From: Candidatus Hadarchaeales archaeon
GTDB lineage: Archaea > Hadarchaeota > Hadarchaeia > Hadarchaeales > Hadarchaeaceae
Direction of reading: 5' to 3'
NCBI GenBank assembly: GCA_038823825.1
Contig: JAWBCC010000004.1
Location: forward strand, 30,001-62,000
Length of the DNA: 32,000 nucleotides
Below, piece after piece: positions 17,437 to 24,904 of the stretch. Both the position numbers and the translations under genes were made by a program. Each line of letters starts with the position of its first letter. The stretch's first letter is position 1. The notes beneath the pieces were generated by a model. That model was not told the origin of the DNA, ran no database searches, and worked only from the letters and a program-made list of their open reading frames with translations.

Positions 17437-18609
17437 ATGTCTCTTGATGTCCTCCTGCGACCAGAAAAGATCGCAATCGTTGGAGATGCGAGGGAGAAGA
17501 CAACATATAAAATGTTTATCAAAATCGTAGAGCGAACAACGGGCTTTCCGAAGGTTAAAATTGTAGACCTCGGAGGCGAGATTAATGGCGCCGAGAAGTC
17601 TGTAAGATATCTGTGGCGCGATATTGATATCTGCGTCGTCGTTCTCGGAGGTAAAAGTCTAGGAAAACACTTGCAAGAGATTTTTAAGAGATGCAAACTT
17701 GTAGTTCTCCTCAGCGATATTTCAGAGCAAATTCTAGAAAATAGAGAGAAAATTTTGGGACCTAGATCCGCCGGCATTATAAATAACGATGTTGGCCTTC
17801 GAACATCAATCTCGGAAATCCCTCCAGCTGGTTCTGTCTCGCTAATATCACAGAAACAAGCCGTTACCGTAAGGATACTAAGAAAAATGAGTGCATATTC
17901 GGTGGGTGTGAGTAAGGTCATTTGCACTGGTGAAGGTCAAGGAATTCCGGAGATAGACATCCTAAAAGTTTTGGCATCAGATAAGTCAACCTCTACAATT
18001 TGCTTGAACATCTATCGAACGAAGAATTTACGAAATCTGCTGGATGAAATCGGCCATGTCTCCAGATCAAAGCCTGTTGTCTTTCACTTTTTGGGTAAGG
18101 ATGACTGGATGGTCGCCTCGGCTGTCAGACAAAGGGGAGGCATATACGTTCGAAATGTCAGAGAACTCGTATGTGGTGCAAAGATTTTGTCTGAAACTCC
18201 ACCACTACTTGGGGACAGGATATTCTTATTGGCTCGAGCTGTAGACCTTTGCTTGGATGCAGCGAAGCATCTTTCGGAATTCACAATTTGCGATGTCCCA
18301 GAAAAAATTTTGGTGAAAGCTGGACTTGAGAGGGGAAACACTGGGTGTTGCTTCAAGAACATCGATTTGCTTGTAAGATATATACCCGAGCTTGAAAAAG
18401 TTTCTGATGGCATCTTCTTAGTTCTTGAAGAAGATGAGGAAATTGAAAAATTGGAAGGAATACGAGTTAACAAAACGTTTGTAGTCATTTATCCAAGACG
18501 CATAAGCTCAGCCAGATTTCCGATTTTCGAAGATGTCGAGGATGCGGCTTTGGCAATGAAGATCTCGGCAGAAAGAGGCAAGTTCTTAAGAAAATCAAAA
18601 ATTTGTTAG
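17437..18609 (+). CDS. ACD alpha-like CoA-binding/ligase-CoA domain protein, divergent paralogue lacking the phosphohistidine loop
   Basis: 390 aa. LLRPEKIAIVGDA, ILGPRSAGIIN and GSVSLISQKQAV align with FLAPSSVAVIGAS, LLGPNCLGLIN and GNITLISQSGAL of the main ACD. Where ACD has VLKSGVTEAGVRAALSHTGSLAGSDAVFSAV, this protein has FHFLGKDDWMVASAV. GAGGTGA lies 9 nt upstream of the ATG, which sits 1 nt after the upstream stop. Confidence 0.75.
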   Translation: MSLDVLLRPEKIAIVGDAREKTTYKMFIKIVERTTGFPKVKIVDLGGEINGAEKSVRYLWRDIDICVVVLGGKSLGKHLQEIFKRCKLVVLLSDISEQILENREKILGPRSAGIINNDVGLRTSISEIPPAGSVSLISQKQAVTVRILRKMSAYSVGVSKVICTGEGQGIPEIDILKVLASDKSTSTICLNIYRTKNLRNLLDEIGHVSRSKPVVFHFLGKDDWMVASAVRQRGGIYVRNVRELVCGAKILSETPPLLGDRIFLLARAVDLCLDAAKHLSEFTICDVPEKILVKAGLERGNTGCCFKNIDLLVRYIPELEKVSDGIFLVLEEDEEIEKLEGIRVNKTFVVIYPRRISSARFPIFEDVEDAALAMKISAERGKFLRKSKIC

Positions 18610-19881
18610 GAACTGTCCCCGGCCAGGTTTGCCACAAACTTCTCCATTCTCATAAATTATTTCGCCACGGGAGATGGTTATATCTGAAAAACCGGAAAGC
18701 TCCATTTCCTCATAAGGCGTCCAGCCTGCTGGTTCAATCAACTTCTTAGCGGAGATTTTTTTGTGCGAGGGGTTTAAAATCACAAGATCTGCATCTGAAC
18801 CTTCTCGCAACACACCCTTCCTCGGATAAAGTCTGAAGATTTGAGCAGGCCTAGTTGAAAGAACCTTTACCATTGTCTCTATTGTTATCCTCCCATTCCT
18901 CACGCCGAGTTCAAACATTACGGGTAACAGAGCTTCTATTCCCGGCAAACCTTCAGGAGCGCGTGCCGGCTCAAGGTTTTTTACTTCTTCCATTTTAATG
19001 AAAAAATGACCGCTTGCCACTGCATCTATCGCTCCGATATCTATGGCTTTCCACAGATTCTCTACATCCTCCTTAGACCGCAGTGGTGGACACATTTTTA
19101 AAAGCGGATTTTTCTCCGAATCTTCTTTTGAGAAAACGAGATAGTGAACACAAGTTCCTCCCGAGACCGTTAAATGTTCCTTTTCTGCTTTCGAAAGAAA
19201 AAGGCATGCTTTTTGTGTTGTTATACGTCCGAAGTGAACTGTTGCTCCTGTTTTTCTGACTTTCTCGAGAAGTTCCTCTACCGCTTTTTCTTCGGCTAAA
19301 GGTGGTCTGACCTCTTCGTCAGACTTTTCCTTTATAACTTCTTCGCTTTCAGCATGTGCACACAAGATTAAGTCCAGAGTTTTGGCGATTTTCATCACTT
19401 CGAGAATTTCTTCATTCGTGAGCTTTTCTGGTTCACATGTTCTAATTTTGAAGATTTTAGTTCCAGCGACAGATATCTCAGCCATTTTGGAAATGGACGC
19501 CCCGGTAATCGGTCCAGCTTGAAAACAAAAATCTACAAGGCTGAACTTTTTCATGAACTTAAGAGCCTTCTTTATTTCGAATACATTCGTGAGTTGAAGT
19601 GGTTCCGGAGAAATAAGGACTGTAGTGACTCCGGCTGCTGCCGCGGCAGCCGTCTCCTCTTTAAAAATCTTCCACTTCTGCTTGGAGCGAGTCAAGATAT
19701 GGGCTTCTGTGTCTATTATTCCCGGAATAACCAGTTTATTTTTCGCGTCAATTTCTCTTTCTCCTTTTTCTACCCCACTAACTGAAATTTTCTTTATTTT
19801 GCCATTTTCAATCGACATTTCTCCAGTCACTATGCCCTCTGGCAGAAGAAGCCTAGCGTTTCTGATTACCAGTTCTGACAT
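18595..19881 (-). CDS. Dihydroorotase/cyclic amidohydrolase-like protein with substituted metal/catalytic residues
   Basis: 428 aa. Family backbone: VIPGIID..., AAAAAGVTTVLISPEP, LCAHAESEE, CVHYLVFS, MCPPLRSKED. However, HxH is EAH (DTEAHIL) and the DHAPH-type Asp motif reads ASGHFF. Confidence 0.7.
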   Translation of the reverse strand: MSELVIRNARLLLPEGIVTGEMSIENGKIKKISVSGVEKGEREIDAKNKLVIPGIIDTEAHILTRSKQKWKIFKEETAAAAAAGVTTVLISPEPLQLTNVFEIKKALKFMKKFSLVDFCFQAGPITGASISKMAEISVAGTKIFKIRTCEPEKLTNEEILEVMKIAKTLDLILCAHAESEEVIKEKSDEEVRPPLAEEKAVEELLEKVRKTGATVHFGRITTQKACLFLSKAEKEHLTVSGGTCVHYLVFSKEDSEKNPLLKMCPPLRSKEDVENLWKAIDIGAIDAVASGHFFIKMEEVKNLEPARAPEGLPGIEALLPVMFELGVRNGRITIETMVKVLSTRPAQIFRLYPRKGVLREGSDADLVILNPSHKKISAKKLIEPAGWTPYEEMELSGFSDITISRGEIIYENGEVCGKPGRGQFLTNF

Positions 19882-19896
19882 TTCATTTTCTATGTG

Positions 19897-19911
19897 TTTT
19901 GAACGTCAAAA
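19897..19911. promoter_or_regulatory. Perfect 6-3-6 inverted repeat TTTTGA-ACG-TCAAAA abutting an A/T box in a divergent intergenic region
   Basis: Read directly: ttttgaacgtcaaaa at 19897-19911, immediately followed by aaatatata (19911-19919). It lies between the divergent starts at 19881 (minus) and 19950 (plus). Confidence 0.25.
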
Positions 19912-19949
19912 AATATATACTTCTATAATGTCTGCATTGTGATGGAAGC

Positions 19950-21254
19950 GTGATGGCAGATCTATTGATCGAGAATGGCCTAGTGTTGACGATGAACAAG
20001 GAGGGTACCATTATCAAAAACGGATTTGTGTTAATCGAGGATGGAAAGATATCTCAGATTGGAAAAGGTTCCATTAAGTTAAAAGCGGATGAAATCATCG
20101 ATGCTCGAGGAAAGATAGTAATGCCTGGATTCGTTTGTGCTCACACACATTTCTCGAGAATTTTAGCTCAAGGAACATCCTTGGGGAACTCCAATATCTT
20201 CAGGATGAAAAACCTCTGGCACAAGATTGACGAAAGTCTTTCTAAAAACGAACTTTGGACCTGTGTGTCTGCATCCTGTCTGCAATACCTCCACAATGGT
20301 GTAACTTTCGTGGCTGGGGTTCTTCCAGGCAGCAATCCATCGGCCGGTATCCTCGGTAGGATCCTTTCCAAGATCCAAGAAATCGGGATAAGAGTTGGCT
20401 TAAGCGTGCTAGCCGATGAACAACATGGAAAGCTGAAGGGTGCCCATGGAATGCGAGAAAACGAAAAACTCATCAAAAAAATCAGGAAGAAAAGACGTCA
20501 GAATGTTGTAGGATTTGTGAGTGTGAAACTAGATCCTTCGACTTCAGAAGAACTTTTGAAGTATGGAAAGGAAATTTCGCAGAGATACAGAGTTCCATTC
20601 CTCCTTCATTCCGAAGACAGCAGGTTGCTACGCGAGGTGAGCTATCAGAAATATGGTGAAAATCCTCTGATTAAGCTCTTCGAGCTTGGAGTTCTCAGAC
20701 AAGGCACCATTCTCGCTCATTGCATTCCTATAAACGGAGAGGAGTTGAAGTTGTTAAAAAACAACGAAACTAAGCTTGGGTATACCATTGCCGATGTTTC
20801 CGAAGCAATCCGTCTTGAGTGGATAGTCTCCGAGAACGTACCTGTGAGTTTGGGAGACGACGGATTGTTGCCAGATCTTCTAGGATTGCTGAAGACAGTC
20901 TATCTTATGACAAAGCTGTCTTCGCTTGGATTGACTTTGAAAACTTCCCAGCTTCTTGAAATGGCAACAAAAAACGGAGCCGAAATGTATGGCGTAAATA
21001 CGGGAATTCTGGAGAAAGGAAAGGCTGCAGACATCGTGATTTTGGATCATTCACACATGCCTGCGCCTCTTAGACCAGCTTGGATTACGGATCAAATAGT
21101 AGGGAACTTCGATGGAAGATTCGTGGATACTGTCATAGTGGACGGTAGAATTGTGAAAAGAGATGGAAAGGTTCTCTCCATCGATGAAGAAAAAACCATT
21201 GAAGAATACCAGAAGATTGCAGAAGAAGTTTGGGATAGAGTAGGGGGAGGTTGA
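19950..21254 (+). CDS. Amidohydrolase-superfamily aminohydrolase (SsnA / MtaD / chlorohydrolase-like)
   Basis: 434 aa. MPGFVCAHTHF (HxH), LLHSED, ILAHCIP and SLGDDG fit the deaminase/chlorohydrolase branch. GTG 19950 is immediately followed by ATG 19953. Confidence 0.7.
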   Translation: MMADLLIENGLVLTMNKEGTIIKNGFVLIEDGKISQIGKGSIKLKADEIIDARGKIVMPGFVCAHTHFSRILAQGTSLGNSNIFRMKNLWHKIDESLSKNELWTCVSASCLQYLHNGVTFVAGVLPGSNPSAGILGRILSKIQEIGIRVGLSVLADEQHGKLKGAHGMRENEKLIKKIRKKRRQNVVGFVSVKLDPSTSEELLKYGKEISQRYRVPFLLHSEDSRLLREVSYQKYGENPLIKLFELGVLRQGTILAHCIPINGEELKLLKNNETKLGYTIADVSEAIRLEWIVSENVPVSLGDDGLLPDLLGLLKTVYLMTKLSSLGLTLKTSQLLEMATKNGAEMYGVNTGILEKGKAADIVILDHSHMPAPLRPAWITDQIVGNFDGRFVDTVIVDGRIVKRDGKVLSIDEEKTIEEYQKIAEEVWDRVGGG

Positions 21255-21267
21255 GTCTCTGACTGTC

Positions 21268-22341
21268 TTGCAAGTAGAATTGTGTGGGTTAAAGCTTGTT
21301 AATCCAATAATTGCAGGAGCTGGTCCGTTTGGTAAAAATGCGGAAATGATGAGCAGAGCAGCTGAAGGAGGAGCAGCTGCGGTGGTCACGCAGACAATCA
21401 AAGTGGAATCGTGCAAAATGCCGCGTCCCTATCTAGCTAAAACTAGAGATAACCTTTTGAGCGCAGATGGATGGTCTGAGATCCGAGCCGAGATCTGGAT
21501 AAAAGAAGAATTGAAAAAAGCAAAAAAGATCGGTCTTCCGCTAATTGCCAGTGTAGGTGGTGAGCCAGAAGAAATAGAAAAACTTGCTGGAGAAATCGCT
21601 GGAGCAGGAGCCGACGCCATAGAAATCTCGGCCAGACATTCTGGAAAAAATCCATCAAAGGTGGCCGAAGCTGTGAAAGCTGCAAAAAGTTCTGCCAATA
21701 TCCCCGTTTTCGTTAAAGTAGGGATGTACGATAAAGGTCCGCTGGAAATGGCAATCAGTTCAAAAAAGGCTGGAGCAGACGGAATAGTTTGCATGGATGC
21801 GCTCTGGCCAGCCTTGGAGGCTGATATCGAAGTTGCCATGCCAGCTATCGGAACTGCAGAAGGAGCGGGTCTTCTATCGGGTCCGGCAATTAAACCATTG
21901 GCGCTTTATTGGACAGCGAAAATCGCCAAGAATGTTTCGATTCCAATAATAGGCTGCGGAGGAATTTCGTCCGGGAGAGATGCAATAGAATTTATCCAGG
22001 CTGGAGCTTCTGCGGTGCAAATATGCACGGCGGCAATCTTTCGAGGACCGAAAGTTTTCGGAATAATCGCGGACGAGATATTGAAGTTTCTCAGGACAAA
22101 AAACTATTCTTTAGAAGAGGTTAGAGGAAAACTTCTCGGTCGCTTACCGGACTGGCCTCATTTGGAAACTAAACCACCAGAAATCATAGCCACAAGATGT
22201 AATTCTTGTGGGATATGCGTGCAGCAGTGCCCGTCTTCCGCGATGTGGACCTCAGCCCGAGGAATTAGAATAGATTTGTCAAGATGTGACGGATGTGGTT
22301 TATGCGTTTCTGTTTGTCCTTCTAGAGCTCTCAGGTGGTAA
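21268..22341 (+). CDS. DHODH/dihydropyrimidine dehydrogenase (PreA)-like FMN TIM-barrel fused to a 2x[4Fe-4S] ferredoxin domain; substrate/catalytic residues substituted
   Basis: 357 aa from TTG 21268. Conserved: LVNPIIAGAGPFG, LLSGPAIKPLAL, IIGCGGISSG, AGASAVQICTAA. C-terminus: CNSCGICVQQCP and CDGCGLCVSVCP. EISARHSG sits where ELNxSCPN is expected. Confidence 0.7.
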   Translation: MQVELCGLKLVNPIIAGAGPFGKNAEMMSRAAEGGAAAVVTQTIKVESCKMPRPYLAKTRDNLLSADGWSEIRAEIWIKEELKKAKKIGLPLIASVGGEPEEIEKLAGEIAGAGADAIEISARHSGKNPSKVAEAVKAAKSSANIPVFVKVGMYDKGPLEMAISSKKAGADGIVCMDALWPALEADIEVAMPAIGTAEGAGLLSGPAIKPLALYWTAKIAKNVSIPIIGCGGISSGRDAIEFIQAGASAVQICTAAIFRGPKVFGIIADEILKFLRTKNYSLEEVRGKLLGRLPDWPHLETKPPEIIATRCNSCGICVQQCPSSAMWTSARGIRIDLSRCDGCGLCVSVCPSRALRW

Positions 22342-22400
22342 ATTTCCACATTACAAGAGGAAAATTTTAGAACTTTTGCAGGCTAATCTATTGGATTAGA

Positions 22401-24161
22401 ATGAACGAAGAAGAGATAACAATATGGCAACTGCGGCACAATGGTGTCCTGATTCCGGAGTATAAGCCAGTCGGACTTTCCATCAAGTTTAGAGGAAAGG
22501 AGATAAAACTTACCCCGGAACAGGAAGAAATGGCAGTAGCTTGGGCTAAAAAAATGGATAGTGAGCAGGTCAAAGATCCGGTTTTCGTCAAAAACTTTTT
22601 TAAAGACTTCTGCAAAGCGCTCGGAATTGAAAATGGAAAACCGGAGGATTTTGATTTTTCTGAAGTCAAACAATGGGTAGAGGAAGAAAAAGCTAAGAAA
22701 GAATCGATGACAAAAGATGAAAAAAAGAAGCTTTCCGAAGAGAGGAAAAGAATCAGAGAAGAAAACAAGAAAAAATATGGCATTGCGATAATAAACGGTA
22801 AAGAAGTTGAAATCGCGAATTACACGGTAGAACCTCCATGCATATTCGTGGGTCGTGGAAAACATCCCCTCCGTGGCAGATGGAAACCTAGGATATACCA
22901 CTCCGACATCATACTCAATCTTTCTGAAGATGCTCCTACGCCCCAAACGCCGACTGGAGAGTCGTGGGGAGGGAGGGTTTTCGATCCAAAAGCTTTGTGG
23001 ATCGCCAAATGGAGGGACAAACTCACTGGAAAGATGAAATATGTTTGGATAGCTGAAAACGCGGAGCTGAGACAAATGAGAGAAAAGGAGAAATATGATG
23101 TCGCTAGAAAGCTCGATCAATACATCGAAAAAATTAGGGAACACATATGGAAAAATCTGACATCTGAAGATGAACTCAGAAGGAAAATCGCCACGGTGGC
23201 GTACCTGATAGATGTCCTGAAGCTAAGAGTCGGAGACGAAAAAGACAAGGATGAAGCGGACACTGTTGGCGCAACTACCCTCAGAGGTTCCCACGTTAAA
23301 ATAAACTCGGATAATACAGTAACATTCGACTTTCTTGGAAAAGATTCTGTCAGGTGGGTCAAGAGAGTTAAACTCCCAAAAGAGGTAATCCAAAACCTAA
23401 AATCTTTCATTCGGGGCCCAAGAGATCAAATTTTTGATGGGGTCAAATCGGAACTCGTGAATGAGTTTCTCGGAGAGGTTATGCCAGGGTTGACAGCCAA
23501 GGTTTTCAGGACATACCACGCGACAAAGATTGTCGAAGAATATCTCAACAAGAACCATGTGGATAAAGATGCTCCGGAAATCGAGAAAAAATATGTCGGT
23601 TGCATGGCCAACTTGCAGGCCGCGATAGAATGCAATCACAAGAGAAAACTTCCCAAGAATTGGATAGAGTCCATCAGAAAAAAGGAGGAAAGAGTGAGAA
23701 AACTAAAGGAAGACATCAAAATCGCTAAGAAAAAGATGAATGAGAAGTTGGAGAAACTCGAAGAAAAGTTGAAACAGGAGAAGAAAAAGAGAACTGAAAA
23801 AATCGAAGAGCTGAGTAAGAAACCTTCCAAAAGCAAGAAGATCAGGGAAAGAATAAACAAAGAAAAACTGATGCTGAGGAAAGCTATAGAAAAATACCGA
23901 GAGAAGAAGAAAAGAATTCTCGAAATGTATGAGCATAAAATAAAAAATTTGGAGCTCAAGATAAAGGAGGCTGAAATAAAATTGCAGCTGGCGAAAAAGA
24001 CGAAGGATTATAACTTGATCACCTCTCTCAAAAGCTACATCGATCCTAGAGTTTATGCGTACTGGGCGAAAAAGCTTGGATATGACTGGAAGAAACTATA
24101 TCCGAAAAGCCTCCATAAAAAGTTCTCATGGGTGGATGAAAACGAGAGTATTAAAACATGA
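22401..24161 (+). CDS. top1: DNA topoisomerase IB, eukaryote-type
   Basis: 586 aa. EPPCIFVGRGKHPLRG, RVGDEKDKDEADTVGATTLR, FLGKDSVRW, AKVFRTYHAT, ECNHKR and the active-site Tyr in SLKSYIDPRV match eukaryotic Topo I motifs. A long K/E-rich coiled-coil linker precedes the C-terminal domain. Confidence 0.92.
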   Translation: MNEEEITIWQLRHNGVLIPEYKPVGLSIKFRGKEIKLTPEQEEMAVAWAKKMDSEQVKDPVFVKNFFKDFCKALGIENGKPEDFDFSEVKQWVEEEKAKKESMTKDEKKKLSEERKRIREENKKKYGIAIINGKEVEIANYTVEPPCIFVGRGKHPLRGRWKPRIYHSDIILNLSEDAPTPQTPTGESWGGRVFDPKALWIAKWRDKLTGKMKYVWIAENAELRQMREKEKYDVARKLDQYIEKIREHIWKNLTSEDELRRKIATVAYLIDVLKLRVGDEKDKDEADTVGATTLRGSHVKINSDNTVTFDFLGKDSVRWVKRVKLPKEVIQNLKSFIRGPRDQIFDGVKSELVNEFLGEVMPGLTAKVFRTYHATKIVEEYLNKNHVDKDAPEIEKKYVGCMANLQAAIECNHKRKLPKNWIESIRKKEERVRKLKEDIKIAKKKMNEKLEKLEEKLKQEKKKRTEKIEELSKKPSKSKKIRERINKEKLMLRKAIEKYREKKKRILEMYEHKIKNLELKIKEAEIKLQLAKKTKDYNLITSLKSYIDPRVYAYWAKKLGYDWKKLYPKSLHKKFSWVDENESIKT

Positions 24162-24732
24162 CACGTTGGATGAAATTAGACTGATAGTCCTTCATCTTGA
24201 AGAATGTGATCCTAAACGATGTTCCGCTAGGAAGTTAAAGCAGGCAGGTTTTGCTGAAATCGTGAAACGTGCGGGCGAACTTCCCCCTGGGATTCTTTTG
24301 GATCCAACCTCAGAGAGAGCTCTCTCAAGAGAAGATCTGCCAACGGCCGAAAGATTCGGAATAATCGCCATTGACTGCTCTTGGAAAAAGTTAAAGGGGT
24401 TTTCGAGACTGTGGAAAGGAAGACATCCCCGATCGTTGCCCTATTTGGTAGCGGCAAACCCCATCAACTACGGTAGACCGACAATTCTCAGCACTGCTGA
24501 AGCTTTCGCGGCAGCACTTTACATACTCGGCAAACCAGAACTATCGGAAAAAATAATGAGAATCTTCAAATGGGGGCCTGTCTTCATCGAACTTAATAAA
24601 GAGCGGCTAGAAGCCTACATGCGGGCGGGTACGAGCGAGGAAATAGTCAAAATCCAGGAGCATTTTATGGAGATGGAAAGATCCCGTTTGTTAAACAAAA
24701 GCTTATTAAAAGACATGAACCAGTCACCATAA
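24136..24732 (+). CDS. tsr3: 16S rRNA aminocarboxypropyltransferase Tsr3-like (DUF367 family)
   Basis: IRLIVLHLEECDPKRCSARKL...IIAIDCSWKKL...LPYLVAANPINYGRPTILSTAEAFAAALYILG is the Tsr3 pattern. ATG 24136 overlaps the topo IB end by 26 nt. In-frame TTG 24166 (MDEIRLIVLH...) is an equally plausible non-overlapping start. Confidence 0.8.
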   Translation: MKTRVLKHDTLDEIRLIVLHLEECDPKRCSARKLKQAGFAEIVKRAGELPPGILLDPTSERALSREDLPTAERFGIIAIDCSWKKLKGFSRLWKGRHPRSLPYLVAANPINYGRPTILSTAEAFAAALYILGKPELSEKIMRIFKWGPVFIELNKERLEAYMRAGTSEEIVKIQEHFMEMERSRLLNKSLLKDMNQSP

Positions 24733-24742
24733 TGGAGAGAAT

Positions 24743-24904
24743 ATGAGAGAAAGGGAAAGAATGCCTGCAAGCAGGGCCGGGTTGATAAGATATTTTGAGG
24801 AGGAAGGTTTCGGAATAAAGATTGACCCGAAGAAAATGATTTATTTCACGATTGGTTTCATAATCTTCATGATTGGACTTCACATCTTCGGACCGGCGAT
24901 TTAA
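24743..24904 (+). CDS. secG: Preprotein translocase subunit Sec61-beta (archaeal SecG)
   Basis: Below the ORF-track size cutoff. MRERERMPASRAGLIRYFEEEGFGIKIDPKKMIYFTIGFIIFMIGLHIFGPAI (53 aa) has the conserved SxAGLIRYF motif plus a C-terminal TM anchor. GGAGAG lies just upstream of ATG 24743, and ATG 24761 is an alternative start. Confidence 0.75.
   Translation: MRERERMPASRAGLIRYFEEEGFGIKIDPKKMIYFTIGFIIFMIGLHIFGPAI

Noticed and set aside
22383-23959. Long minus-strand ORFs inside the topo IB gene (22383-23144, 22388-22783, 23636-23959, 23703-23936)
   Set aside because: These F/L/S-rich translations are the antisense image of the K/E-rich topo IB coding sequence. The plus strand has strong full-length homology to Topo I.
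23640-23990. Purine-rich, repetitive-looking stretch (gaaaaa/aagaag units) considered as a tandem repeat or CRISPR-like array
   Set aside because: It shows no fixed repeat/spacer periodicity. It is in frame and encodes the K/E-rich coiled-coil linker between the topo IB core and its C-terminal domain.
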